Part shown: positions 12,293 to 25,753 of the stretch, piece by piece
How the letters are laid out: every line of letters starts with the position of its first letter
How positions within the stretch are numbered: position 1 is the first letter of the stretch
Source: Eledone cirrhosa
Lineage: Eukaryota
Assembly (NCBI GenBank): GCA_964016885.1
Contig: OZ024761.1
Location: 18,538,001 to 18,602,000, forward strand
Length of the DNA stretch: 64,000 nt
Reading direction: 5' to 3'
Translations under genes and position numbers: made by a program
The notes under the pieces: model-generated
The model's database searches: none
What the model saw: the letters and a program-made list of their open reading frames with translations, nothing else
What the model was told of the DNA's origin: nothing

Positions 12293-12484
12293 TATATATT
12301 GCTACAACAATGTAATGAAACCGAAATTCACAGAAATGCCTGAAAACCGGAAACCTCATTCCATCCAGCTGATTGAGATTCCAGCCAACCCCGACAGTGG
12401 CAGTCGTGGGGTACAGCTCACTGTAGAAAAAGGTGGCTACACCCCGTTTCAAAAGGGAGCATCCCATCTCATCCGAATTTCAGG
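12293..12484 (+). CDS. LIMK1: LIM kinase exon: end of LIM2 and N-half of PDZ
   Basis: gtccag / gtatgt; (C)IYCYNNVMKP...PHSIQLIEIPANPDSGSRGVQLTVE...LIRIS(G); phase 2-2 is consistent with its neighbours. Confidence 0.92.
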
Positions 12485-12609
12485 GTATGTGTGTGTTGTT
12501 TCTGAAACTTTTCTTGGTCATCATCATCATCATCATCATGTGAGATAGGAAAGAATACATGTGTTGTTGTTAGTCAGCCATATATATATTATCATCATCA
12601 TCATTTAAC

Positions 12610-13335
12610 ATCCATCTTCCACGTAGCACTCATATCTGAGGGTTGGGGAGCATGGACTTATGGACCACTACTCTCCATCATCTTCTGTCTCTTTCCATCA
12701 CCGTATATTCCACCATAATCCTTCCTGTATCATGTGGCTCTTTTGTTTCCCGTGTAGTCGTCCCTTAAGGATGTGGGTAGTCAAATTTTGAGCCCTGATA
12801 ACATGACCAAAACACTGAAGTTTCCATTTCCTTACTGTTTCAACCAAATGTCAATTGGCACCAATCTCTTCCAGGACAGATTCATTGTTCTGTGAGCTGT
12901 CCATTTAATTCTAAGTGCACCCCTATAGCATGACATTTCAAATGCAGTCAGTCATTTCAAGTCAGATGCCTTTAAAGTCCATGACTTACAACCATATAGA
13001 GCTACTGGCCACGCTAATGTTTTGATTACTTTCTTTTTGGTGGACTTTGTAAGAGTTCTATCCTTCCAAAGGCTGCTGAGTGTGCTCAGAACTGTTCTTG
13101 TAGTTACTAGTCTCGCCCTTATTTCCCAGCTTCCCTTTGCCATCTGCTCAAGTATTGAACCAAGGTATTTGAACTTCTTGACCTGTTCAAGCCTGGCACC
13201 TTGGCACTGTGTATTCATTTCTTCATTCTGTCTAGTTGCTGCCATTACCTTTGTCTTTTTGACGTTGATCTCCACACTATATTCCCTTGAAATTCTGTCA
13301 ACTTTATCCAGCAGTGTTTGCAGATTTCTAGCAAG
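12610..13335 (-). mobile_element. Degenerate RTE LINE reverse-transcriptase fragment
   Basis: EINVKKTKVM...LEQVKKFKYLGS...PVALYGCKSWTL. Confidence 0.85.
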
Positions 13336-13552
13336 TTATCCCTTTAGCATTTAAACCGGCTGTATCCAGCCGGAATTCTCTCACCTCTTTCTGTTCAAAC
13401 CAGCTGTAACCTGCTGCTCACACTGATGTTAGGTATTGTTCTCAAAATATATATCAAAATCTCATAGATTTGATATTATGTGAGATAAGGTAAAGCCTTA
13501 ACCACAAAAATATAATGGTAAATATAGAGTAATGTAAATGCTAAAGGGTTAA
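13336..13552. mobile_element. piggyBac-like MITE (~210 bp)
   Basis: Family ends TTAA-CCCTTTAGCATT ... AATGCTAAAGGG-TTAA; copies at ~24745-24970, 34511-34725, 37311-37464, 40082-40294, 40490-40825, 53794-54015, 55047-55260, 58702-58905, 63459-63868. Confidence 0.8.
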
Positions 13553-13628
13553 ACAACCATGTAGAGCCCTCCCTGTTGTTTTCATTGTTTTATTTATTTA
13601 TTATTTATATTTTTTCTGTTTTACTTAG

Positions 13629-13722
13629 ACTTGATGGCAGCCCTGAATTAAATTCTTTAAATGTTGGTGATAAAATTTTAGAAGTAAACGGCACAGCGGT
13701 GAAGGAAAAATCTTTCGATGAG
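13629..13722 (+). CDS. LIMK1: LIM kinase exon: PDZ C-half
   Basis: cttag / gtagcc; LDGSPELNSLNVGDKILEVNGTAVKEKSFDE contains the PDZ GD.ILEVNG motif. Confidence 0.93.
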
Positions 13723-13735
13723 GTAGCCTCTCTTT

Positions 13736-13771
<36 letters not shown>

Positions 13772-13900
13772 AATTTCTGTGATTCTGTCACAACACGTAA
13801 AGAGAGAGGAGTAGTTTGACTACCTCATACTACTCCTCTCTCTATGTTTGCTGCTTGGGTCAATGTATGTGTTTGTAAAAGGAAGGCAGGGGGTGGTGAA

Positions 13901-13931
<31 letters not shown>

Positions 13932-14112
13932 TCCACACATCTCTTGGCGTTCCATTTATTATGATGTGTATGTGTTTGTGTGAATCTATGCCTGAGTGTG
14001 TATGTTTGTAAGTATGTCTGTGTTTGCATGTTTATATTTATATACTCATACATATAAATGTATGCATACACACATATACACATACGTGTCAGCATGTTTA
14101 AAAAAATCCTAG

Positions 14113-14236
<124 letters not shown>

Positions 14237-14556
14237 TGTATGTAAAAGGTAAACAAATAACAAAACAAATGGTACAGTATATGGAAGGAATATATTAGTT
14301 TAATTGAAATAGCAGGAAGAGGGCCTTAACGTTTTGGATGATAGTCCTTCATCAGAAGAAAGAATGAGAAATTAGAAAGATTGAGGGGACAAGCAGAGCG
14401 GAATCGGGACATAATTTCTAGAGTGTTGAAAAAATTATAATTTTATCTTTTCTTGTTAGTGTTTTTTTTTTTTACCAAAGCTAATTATATTATATATTTT
14501 TTTAATCTTTTCCTCAACCCCACCTCACTACTTCATCACCATCGCCATCACGTCAG

Positions 14557-14822
14557 ATTGACTCTTTGGTCAAAAATACCAATGAAACAATCCAGTTGAC
14601 TGTTGAGTCCGAATCAAACCCCATAATTGGAGAATCTCCATCCAGAGAGACTTGTCGCAGCTTTTCCAGCATCGAATCTGGGTCACCTACCGAGATAGAC
14701 GGCATGCCAGTGCCGTTCAGACGGAATTTTTCCAGCCCCGAACCTAGCAGTTCTCCCACTGAGATAGACGTGGATGGCATGCGAGTGCCGCTTAGACAGA
14801 AATCTTTATTAAAAGCTAGAAA
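14557..14822 (+). CDS. LIMK1: LIM kinase exon: PDZ end and Ser/Pro-rich linker
   Basis: gtcag / gtaagt; IDSLVKNTNETIQLTVE...SLLKAR; phase 0-2. Confidence 0.9.
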
Positions 14823-15050
14823 GTAAGTATCTACATTCCTTTCATTTCTAAACCATCTTCTGTTGTATTCGTTGTGTTGTGGTGGTTGTGATGTGACTGT
14901 TGAGGGAGTGTTTGTAATGGTTGGGTTGTGTGTGTCAGTTGTGGGGTGGGTATCTTTATCTGTCATCCTTGGGCGATGTCTGTTGGATCAAAAGTTTACG
15001 TCTGTCTGTCTGTCTGTTCATATTTCCATGTCTATTCATCCATATATCCA

Positions 15051-15104
<54 letters not shown>

Positions 15105-15570
15105 GTTTATAAATTGGGATGGTCTAAAGTAACTGTCTTTCGTTTATTATTATAATTACGGGGTCGATAAAATAAAGTACCAGTAATGCACTGGGTATTT
15201 GCTGGCCTTGTGCCTAACGTAGAAACAATTATTATAATAAAACTTATTTATATAATAACTTAATATTATAACTTATAAAAGGGCGGTGGATTGGCAGTAT
15301 CGGTAGAGGGTCAGACGCCATGCTTTGACGCATAGAGTTACGGTCCTTGCCATTCTAAGTTCAAATCCCGCCGAGGTTAACTTTGCCTTTCATCCTTATG
15401 GGGTCAATAAAATAAAGTACCAGTAATGCACTGGGTAATGGCTGGCCTTGTGCCAAAAGTAGCAACAATTATTATAATCAAACTCTGGTTAAACATATAT
15501 CGTTGAGTGCTTGAAATCTGTTATATATGTCAGCTGATTCTAAATCAACTAACTCTTTGTCGTTGAACAA

Positions 15571-15617
<47 letters not shown>

Positions 15618-16051
15618 TATATATATCATTTTCATTTTATTTTACGTCTGCTTTTCCCTGCTTGCAAGGGTGGGACGGGAACTGATCCTGGCTTGATTTC
15701 TACAGCTGGATGCCCTTCCTAACACAAACCTCATTTACAGTGAGTGCTGGGTGCTTTTTTGCCATGGCACCTGCACGACCATTTTGCAGTAGAATGATAT
15801 GGACCCTAGTCCCTATCATCTCATTTCTACAGCTGAGTAAACTGGAGCAATGTGAAATAAAGTGTCTTGCTCAAGGAAACAACACATCACCCAGTCTGAG
15901 AATTGAACTCACAACCTTTCGATTGCAAGGCCAATGCTCTAACCACTAAGCAATGTATATGTATATATATATATCCACACACCTCTATCTACCTATTTTA
16001 TTATTTTTTACCTGTGGTTATATCTCTGTTGTAATTTCTGCTGTGTTCCAG

Positions 16052-16235
16052 TTATAGTCCGTCAAAGCGGAGAAGCAAGTCTCCATCGCCAGCGCCCCCA
16101 ACACGACAAAAGACACTTGAGTTGACTCGGGCCAATTCCTTCCGCAACCAAACGCAATCCCACCGGATGTTTCGCTCAAGTGACCTTCAGCTTGGAGAGG
16201 TTCTTGGAAAAGGATTTTACGGTCAAGCAACTAAA
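16052..16235 (+). CDS. LIMK1: LIM kinase exon: linker and kinase Gly-rich loop
   Basis: ttccag / gtgagt; ...RRSKSPSP...HRMFRSSDLQLGEVLGKGFYGQATK. Confidence 0.93.
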
Positions 16236-16709
16236 GTGAGTGTACAGCTCCTCGATGGGGGTCTAGCAGTGTTGACAGTATTTATTCTGGGTCCTTTGTC
16301 TCCTGAATGTTTGGAATATAACTTAACAAAGGTTCTTAATTAAAATTATGATGGAAGGTTTTTTGATAAAACTCTTTTGTCCCTATATTTCTAATGATTT
16401 CCAAATAAGTCTGAAAATATTTAAGAATTTGGAGAGATTTAGTAATATAACTAACTTTCTCATTATTTACAAGTCTTTAGAACATAACTTAACAAAGGTT
16501 CTTACATATAATCATGGTGGAAAGGTTTTAGATAAATATTATTTCAACCCCTTTGTTTCCATATTTCTTATAAAAATAAACACTGTCTCTGATTTTCAAA
16601 TAATTTTGAAAATATTTAAGAATTTGGAAATATCTTGCAATATAACTTACTTTCTCATAATTAGCTGGTGTTTGGAACATAACTAAACAAAGGTTCTTAT
16701 ATAAGTAAG

Positions 16710-16990
16710 AAAACAGCAAAGTAAGAAAACAGCACAGTTCCCATGACTTTCGGAAACATTTTTTCACGCTCAGAGTTGCTGAAGCATGGAACAAACTACC
16801 TGCATCAGTTGTTAGCTGTCGAGACACTGCATCCTTTAAGGCCTCCATGCTTCCCGAGATCCGCCAACAGAACAGCTAACACATACACACATGTACTTCT
16901 CTGACATTTGTGTATTATTCTATGTACTATATTGACGAGTTGTAGTGCACCTGAGCACTTTACACAATAATTTCATTATTATATTATTAT
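16710..16990 (+). mobile_element. CR1/L2-clade LINE 3' end
   Basis: Encodes FRKHFFTLRVAEAWNKLPASVV; the 3' UTR is repeated at ~59530-59615. Confidence 0.75.
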
Positions 16991-17763
16991 AAAGATAAAC
17001 TAGCAGAAAAACCACCCTTTGGGTGGTTTTCTGCTAGCATGTGTAGTGTGTATATTGATATTATATGTAAGTATATATACATGTAGATATGATACATCAA
17101 ATAAAATCGTAATTGACAATATACACGGAAATTGAACGAAGACTGTGTTACACTGTCTTATGTAATCAGTAACGTAATCCATGATACATTAAAAAAAGAC
17201 GATATTATATATAAACTGCATTGGGAGAAAATTAGTGACGGAAATATATGAATGTCTATTTAAGCGATCGCTACCCGGAAGTGTTGACATTTGAAAATTT
17301 TAAAGAAGTGAATCTTTAAATATGTAATGAAATATATTTAATGAGCAGCCACGAAATTTAGTAAAAAAATTATGTAATATTCATTCATTATTTATTCAAA
17401 GTAATTTGACGCATAGAGTTACGGTCCTTGCCATTCTGAGTTCAAATCCCGCCGAGGTTAACTTTGCCTTTCATCCTTACGGGGTCGATAAAATAAAGTA
17501 CCAGTAATGCACTGGGTAATTGCTGGCCTTGTGCCAAAAGTAGAAACAATTATTTATTCAAAGTAATCCAACTTATTTTACAAACGGGATAAAAAAATAT
17601 ATTCTGGATGCATTCCCTCACTCCTTACTTTATTATAGTTTAGATATATACACTTCAAAACAGATAGTTTTGTATCATAGAACCCGGGATTTGGTGGGGG
17701 AAGTTTTATATCAAAATGGTTAAAGATAGAGCATGATCAAAACTGTTCTCTTTTCTCTTGCAG

Positions 17764-17850
17764 GTAACTCATAAAACCACAAAAGAAGTGATGGTTCTGA
17801 AAGAATTAACAAGAATTGATGAAGTAGCCCAGAAGAATTTCATGAAAGAG
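17764..17850 (+). CDS. LIMK1: LIM kinase exon: catalytic Lys and alphaC helix
   Basis: ttgcag / gtttgt; VTHKTTKEVMVLKELTRIDEVAQKNFMKE (not in the supplied ORF track). Confidence 0.95.
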
Positions 17851-17919
17851 GTTTGTTTGTACCTTATGTCATATTAGGAGCAACATAAGAGTATTGCTCC
17901 TATCATTTTTTTAGCGGAG

Positions 17920-18150
17920 TGCAGACGTTTGTAATTTTTCTACAAAAATGACTAAATTTTCTGACAATTTTGGAGGGATGCAGACGTTTGTAATTTTCTG
18001 ACAAAAGTGACTAAATTTTCTGGCAATTTTGGGGGGATGCAGACGTTTGTAATTTTCTGACAAAAGTGACTAAATTTTCTGACAATTTTGGGGGGATGCA
18101 GACGCTTGTAATTTTCTGACAAAAGTGACTAAATTTTCTGGCAATTTTGG
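17920..18150. repeat. 59-bp tandem repeat (~4 copies)
   Basis: gcagacgtttgtaattttctgacaaaagtgactaaattttctgacaattttgggggat. Confidence 0.9.
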
Positions 18151-18356
18151 GAGGTGTGGCTGCACCCCATGCACTCCCAGCAATATGCCTCTGAGAGGCA
18201 GTGAATTGACAGTTAAGACGTTAGATAGAATGTTTTGCAGTATTCGTTCTCTCTTCACAAATTGTGCTGGGGTCCACTTTGCCTTTCGTCCTTTTGAGGC
18301 TGATAAAAACAAAAGTACTAGTCCACTACAGTACTAAGGTTGATCTCTCTCTCCCT

Positions 18357-18421
<65 letters not shown>

Positions 18422-18611
18422 GGTTTGATTAAAATACCAGGAGGCCAGAAACGCACACACACGCATACACACATATAGATTTACATATATATACATACAC
18501 ATGCCATCACACATACACGCACACACACACATACACACATATACATATAAAAACAAAAGTACTGGTCCACCACAGTACTAAGGTTGATTCTTCCTTATCT
18601 CTCTCTCTCTC

Positions 18612-18691
<80 letters not shown>

Positions 18692-19166
18692 TTGGTTTGA
18701 TTAAAATATCAGGAGGCCAGATTGGTAATGTTCCTTTAAAGATTTATTGTTGCAAAAACGCTATATATATATATATATATATTTCAATGGCCTGATTGCG
18801 TAAGATCCTGTCGGCATCATCAGGTGCAGATTGCATAATTAGTTAATCAATAAAGGAGTTGAGGCAAACACAAGTAGAAAACATATAAACAGAAAAAATG
18901 GTTAACTAAACAGAATGACCAGTTCTATCCAGTGGTGAACCACTAAACATAAATGAATATATATATCGACAGTCGATCGACTTTCGTCAAATCGGACCGA
19001 GGAAACAATGTTTCCATTGGTCTTTCCAATTGCTAGTACTATCTATCGGTCACAACTCCAGGTAGAAGGAGCAACGTGAAATAAAGTGTCTTGCTCAAGG
19101 ACATAACGCATCACCCTGTCCGGGAATTGAACTCACAACCTCACGATTGTGAATCCAATTCTCTAA

Positions 19167-19457
<291 letters not shown>

Positions 19458-19593
19458 TGAGTATAATCCACATGGGTCACACCGTTGTGTGCCTTTTCTA
19501 AACCTGATAAAACAGCAAAACAAACACTTTTTTGGGGGCCACATCAAGCCTTTAACTCCTTCGTTACCATATTTCTAATAAAATACTCCCCCT

Positions 19594-19790
19594 ATCATCA
19601 TCATCCACGTTTTGATTATGCAGGACACAATTAATTCCGAAGTAGGGGTGGGCTCTGCCTGACAGTGCTCCTTAGCGTCCTGCTCCATGTGTTTCTGTCT
19701 ACCAGTTTCACTTGGGCCAGACCAAACCTTGCTTGATCCTAACAAACATCCTCCATCCGTCCTTTTTTGGTCTTCCTGGGCGTCTACTGC
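19594..19790 (-). mobile_element. RTE LINE 3' terminus adjoining the 87-bp array
   Basis: The minus strand continues GRPKK...W from the array unit and ends in a (gat)n tail at ~19594. Confidence 0.7.
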
Positions 19791-22700
19791 CTCCTGGGTT
19801 GACATTCATCACTTTGCTGATCCAGCCCTCACTGCACTCAACATGGCCACACCAGCCTCTTCCTGGGCCTCTACTGCCTCCTGGGTTGACATTCATCACT
19901 TTGCTGATCCAGCCCTCACTGCACTCAACATGGCCACACCAGCCTCTTCCTGGGCCTCTACTGCCTCCTGGATCAACATTCATCACTTTGCTGATCCAGC
20001 CCTCACTGCACTCAACATGGCCACACCAGCCTCTTCCTGGGCCTCTACTGCCTCCTGGATCAACATTCATCACTTTGCTGATCCAGTCCTCACTGCACTC
20101 AACATGGCCATACCAGCCTCTTCCTGGGCCTCTACTGCCTCCTGGGTTGACATTCATCACTTTGCTGATCCAGTCCTCACTGCACTCAACATGGCCATAC
20201 CAGCCTCTTCCTGGGCGTCTACTGCCTCCTGGGTTGACATTCATCACTTTGCTGATCCAGTCCTCACTGCACTCAACATGGCCATACCAGCCTCTTCCTG
20301 GGCCTCTACTGCCTCCTGAGTTGACATTCATCACTTTGCTGATCCAGTCCTCACTGCACTCAACATGGCCATACCAGCCTCTTCCTGGGCCTCTACTGCC
20401 TCCTGGGTTGACATTCATCACTTTGCTGATCCAGTCCTCACTGCACTCAACATGGCCATACCAGCCTCTTCCTGGGCCTCTACTGCCTCCTGGATCAACA
20501 TTCATCACTTTGCTGATCCAGCCCTCACTGCACTCAACATGGCCACACCAGCCTCTTCCTGGGCCTCTACTGCCTCCTGGATCAACATTCATCACTTTGC
20601 TGATCCAGTCCTCACTGCACTCAACATGGCCATACCAGCCTCTTCCTGGGCCTCTACTGCCTCCTGGGTTGACATTCATCACTTTGCTGATCCAGTCCTC
20701 ACTGCACTCAACATGGCCATACCAGCCTCTTCCTGGGCCTCTACTGCCTCCTGGGTTGACATTCATCACTTTGCTGATCCAGTCCTCACTGCACTCAACA
20801 TGGCCATACCAGCCTCTTCCTGGGCCTCTACTGCCTCCTGGGTTGACATTCATCACTTTGCTGATCCAGTCCTCACTGCACTCAACATGGCCATACCAGC
20901 CTCTTCCTGGGCCTCTACTGCCTCCTGGGTTGACATTCATCACTTTGCTGATCCAGTCCTCACTGCACTCAACATGGCCATACCAGCCTCTTCCTGGGCG
21001 TCTACTGCCTCCTGGGTTGACATTCATCACTTTGCTGATCCAGTCCTCACTGCACTCAACATGGCCATACCAGCCTCTTCCTGGGCGTCTACTGCCTCCT
21101 GGGTTGACATTCATCACTTTGCTGATCCAGTCCTCACTGCACTCAACATGGCCATACCAGCCTCTTCCTGGGCCTCTACTGCCTCCTGGATCAACATTCA
21201 TCACTTTGCTGATCCAGCCCTCACTGCACTCAACATGGCCACACCAGCCTCTTCCTGGGCCTCTACTGCCTCCTGGATCAACATTCATCACTTTGCTGAT
21301 CCAGTCCTCACTGCACTCAACATGGCCATACCAGCCTCTTCCTGGGCCTCTACTGCCTCCTGGGTTGACATTCATCACTTTGCTGATCCAGTCCTCACTG
21401 CACTCAACATGGCCATACCAGCCTCTTCCTGGGCGTCTACTGCCTCCTGGGTTGACATTCATCACTTTGTTGATCCAGCCCTCACTGCACTCAACATGGC
21501 CATACCAGCCTCTTCCTGGACGTCTACTGCCTCCTGGGTTGACATTCATCACTTTGTTGATCCAGCCCTCACTGCACTCAACATGGCCATACCAGCCTCT
21601 TCCTGGGCGTCTACTGCCTCCTGGGTTGACATTCATCACTTTGTTGATCCAGCCCTCACTGCACTCAACATGGCCGTACCAGCCTCTTCCTGGGGTCTAC
21701 TGCCTCCTGGGTTGACATTCATCACTTTGCTGATCAAGCCCTCACTGCACTCAACATGGCCATACCAGCCTCTTCCTGGGCCTCTACTGCCTCCTGGGTT
21801 GACATTCATCACTTTGCTGATCCACCCCTCACTGCGCTCAACATGGCCGTACCAGCCTCTTCCTGGGCCTCTACTGCCTCCTGGGTTGACATTCATCACT
21901 TTGCTGATCCAGTCCTCACTGCACTCAACATGGCCATACCAGCCTCTTCCTGGGCCTCTACTGCCTCCTGGGTTGACATTCATCACTTTGCTGATCCAGC
22001 CCTCACTGCACTCAACATGGCCATACCAGCCTCTTCCTGGGCCTCTACTGCCTCCTGAGTTGACATTCATCACTTTGCTGATCGAGCCCTCACTGCACTC
22101 AACATGGCCATACCAGCCTCTTCCTGGGCCTCTACTGCCTCCTGGGTTGACATTCATCACTTTGCTGATCCAGCCCTCACTGCGCTCAACATGGCCACAC
22201 CAGCCTCTTCCTGGGCCTCTACTGCCTCCTGGATCAACATTCATCACTTTGCTGATCGAGCCCTCACTGCACTCAACATGGCCATACCAGCCTCTTCCTG
22301 GGCCTCTACTGCCTCCTGGATCAACATTCATCACTTTGCTGATCGAGCCCTCACTGCACTCAACATGGCCGTACCAGCCTCTTCCTGGGCCTCTACTGCC
22401 TCCTGGATCAACATTCATCACTTTGCTGATCGAGCCCTCACTGCACTCAACATGGCCATACCAGCCTCTTCCTGGGCCTCTACTGCCTCCTGGATCAACA
22501 TTCATCACTTTGCTGATCGAGCCCTCACTGCACTCAACATGGCCGTACCAGCCTCTTCCTGGGCCTCTACTGCCTCCTGGATCAACATTCATCACTTTGC
22601 TGATCGAGCCCTCACTGCACTCAACATGGCCATACCAGCCTCTTCCTGGGCCTCTACTGCCTCCTGGATCAACATTCATCACTTTGCTGATCGAGCCCTC

Positions 22701-24117
22701 ACTGCACTCAACATGGCCGTACCAGCCTCTTCCTGGGCCTCTACTGCCTCCTGGATCAACATTCATCACTTTGCTGATCGAGCCCTCACTGCACTCAACA
22801 TGGCCATACCAGCCTCTTCCTGGGCCTCTACTGCCTCCTGGATCAACATTCATCACTTTGCTGATCGAGCCCTCACTGCACTCAACATGGCCGTACCAGC
22901 CTCTTCCTGGGCCTCTACTGCCTCCTGGATCAACATTCATCACTTTGCTGATCGAGCCCTCACTGCACTCAACATGGCCGTACCAGCCTCTTCCTGGGCC
23001 TCTACTGCCTCCTGGATCAACATTCATCACTTTGCTGATCGAGCCCTCACTGCACTCAACATGGCCATACCAGCCTCTTCCTGGGCCTCTACTGCCTCCT
23101 GGATCAACATTCATCACTTTGCTGATCGAGCCCTCACTGCACTCAACATGGCCATACCAGCCTCTTCCTGGGCCTCTACTGCCTCCTGGATCAACATTCA
23201 TCACTTTGCTGATCCAGTCCTCACTGCACTCAACATGGCCATACCAGCCTCTTCCTGGGCCTCTACTGCCTCCTGGGTTGACATTCATCACTTTGCTGAT
23301 CCAGCCCTCACTGCACTCAACATGGCCATACCAGCCTCTTCCTGGGCCTCTACTGCCTCCTGAGTTGACATTCATCACTTTGCTGATCGAGCCCTCACTG
23401 CGCTCAACATGGCCGTACCAGCCTCTTCCTGGGCCTCTACTGCCTCCTGAGTTGACATTCATCACTTTGCTGATCGAGCCCTCACTGCGCTCAACATGGC
23501 CGTACCAGCCTCTTCCTGGGCCTCTACTGCCTCCTGAGTTGACATTCATCACTTTGCTGATCGAGCCCTCACTGCGCTCAACATGGCCGTACCAGCCTCT
23601 TCCTGGGCCTCTACTGCCTTCTGGGTTGACATTCATCACTTTGCTGATCAAGCCCTCACTGCACTCAACATGGCCATACCAGCCTCTTCCTGGGCCTCTA
23701 CTGCCTCCTGGGTTGACATTCATCACTTTGCTGATCAAGCCCTCACTGCACTCAACATGGCCATACCAGCCTCTTCCTGGGCGTCTACTGCCTCCTGAGT
23801 TGACATTCATCACTTTGCTGATCAAGCCCTCACTGCACTCAACATGGCCATACCAGCCTCTTCCTGGGCCTCTACTGCCTCCTGGGTTGACATTCATCAC
23901 TTTGCTGATCAAGCCCTCACTGCACTCAACATGGCCATACCAGCCTCTTCCTGGGCCTCTACTGCCTCCTGGGTTGACATTCATCACTTTGCTGATCCAG
24001 CCCTCACTGCGCTCAACATGGCCGTACCAGCCTCTTCCTGGGCCTCTACTGCCTCCTGGGTTGACATTCATCACTTTGCTGATCCAGCCCTCACTGCACT
24101 CAACATGGCCGTACCAG
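19771..24117. repeat. 87-bp tandem array (~50 copies, ~4.35 kb) derived from RTE LINE coding sequence
   Basis: The unit reads WYGHVECSEGWISKVMNVNPGGSRGPGRG on the minus strand (RTE RWYGHV...GRP motif); one 1-bp deletion near 21694. Confidence 0.95.
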
Positions 24118-25304
24118 CGCATGCTGATTTTCAAATCATTTTTAAAAAATAACCAAGAATCAGGAAGGATTTTATAATATAACTAAGTTCCTCATTATTA
24201 AATTGGCATGGCATTTAAAATATCATCATCATCATCATCATCAGCATCATTATCATTTAATGTCCTCTTTCCCTGCTAGTAAAGGTTGGACAGGTTTCCC
24301 TAAACCAAGTCAGCATTGAGGCAAGGTTACTGGCCTCCCAGACAAGCCGGTGGGGGTCTGCATCTTGCTTATGTAGTCATACATTCTTTCGAAGGCAAAA
24401 ATGATTGGCCTTGTGCCTAAATCAGAAACCATTATGAACTCAGTGGATTGGCAGTATCGGTAGAGAGTCGGACACCATGCTTTGAAGCATAGAGTTACGT
24501 CCCTTTATGATCTGAGTTCAAATCCCGACGAGGTTAACTTTGCCTTTCATCCTTATGGGGTCGATAAAATAAAGTACCAGTAATGTACTGGGTATTTGCT
24601 GACCTTGTGCCTAAAATAGAAACAATTATGAACTATAGGGTAAAAACTGTTGTTTCTTTTGTCCTTTTTATTCATTCAACCCTAATTCCCTCCCCCCTTA
24701 TATTTCATATCAGCATTGTACCAGCTTTTCTAATACATTCTTCTTAACCCTTTAACATTTAAGCTGGCCATATCCAGCCAAAATTCTCTCACCCCTTTCT
24801 GTTCAAACCATTTGTAACCGGCCAGTCATACCAACATTTAGGTATTGTTCTCAAAATAAATATCAAAATCTCAGATTCAATATTATGTGAGAAAATTACA
24901 TGAAGTAAAGCCTTTACTGTGAAAATACATAGTAAATATAGAGTAATGCAAATGCTCTATATTTAGGGTTGAATAATATTATAATGGAAGGTTTAAATTT
25001 AAATATGCATTCTTTAAAATCAACAGCTTCCTATCATGCGGCTGGGGTAGGTGTAGGGTTTGGGGCAATTTCAGGCAGTTTAGTATCACAACGGTTAAAG
25101 AACTGTTGGTTTTTAATTTTTTTTTTTTTAATTAAAATTAATATCTTGTTATTCTGTAACTTGCTGTGAACCCCAAAGCTCTGTGTGGTCCGCTGGTGGT
25201 CCAGGTAGGCTGCTGGTGGTCTAGTTCAACTGCTGTAGACCCACATGTGGTCCAGGTGGACTGCTGGAGGCCTGTTTGTGGTCCAGTTGAACTGCTAAAA
25301 GCCT

Positions 25305-25486
25305 GCATGGCTCAATGTTGTATATCACTAGTCTCAAATGTTGTTGATGTTGGCTCAATTCCAGACCATGGCTCAATATTGTGTATCACTAGCCTCGAAT
25401 GTTGTTGATGTTGGCTCAATTTCAGATCATAGCTCAATATTGTATATCACTAGTCTCAAATGTTGTTCATGTTGGCTCAATTTCAG
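25305..25486. repeat. 61-bp triplication ending in the LIMK splice acceptor
   Basis: Units end ...gttggctcaatt(c/t)cAG at 25364, 25425 and 25486. Confidence 0.9.
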
Positions 25487-25590
25487 AGTTCATTTCCGGT
25501 GGAACTGTAAAAGATTTCTTACATGATTTGACAATCAGTTTGACTTGGGAGACACGAGTGAAGATGTGCAAAGATATAGCTGCAGGAATG
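25487..25590 (+). CDS. LIMK1: LIM kinase exon: hinge to alphaE
   Basis: tttcag / gtaagt; (E)FISGGTVKDFLHDLTISLTWETRVKMCKDIAAGM. Confidence 0.94.
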
Positions 25591-25715
25591 GTAAGTCATG
25601 ACAGCCTCTTCATCCTCATTTCTCTCTATCTATCTCTGTCAGTCTGTCTACCTTGTATCTCTAACTATTTATATGTCTACCTCTCTATTTATCTTCAGAC
25701 TGTTTATATCTCTAT

Positions 25716-25753
<38 letters not shown>

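Noticed and set aside
19687-24177. Very long ORFs (up to 1270 aa) as a novel repeat-protein gene or a CRISPR-like array
   Set aside because: They are pure 87-bp tandem units with no unique spacers and no cas genes, in eukaryotic intronic DNA. The ORFs arise because the unit length is divisible by 3. A 1-bp deletion and scattered TGA variants break frames, and the unit is LINE-derived.
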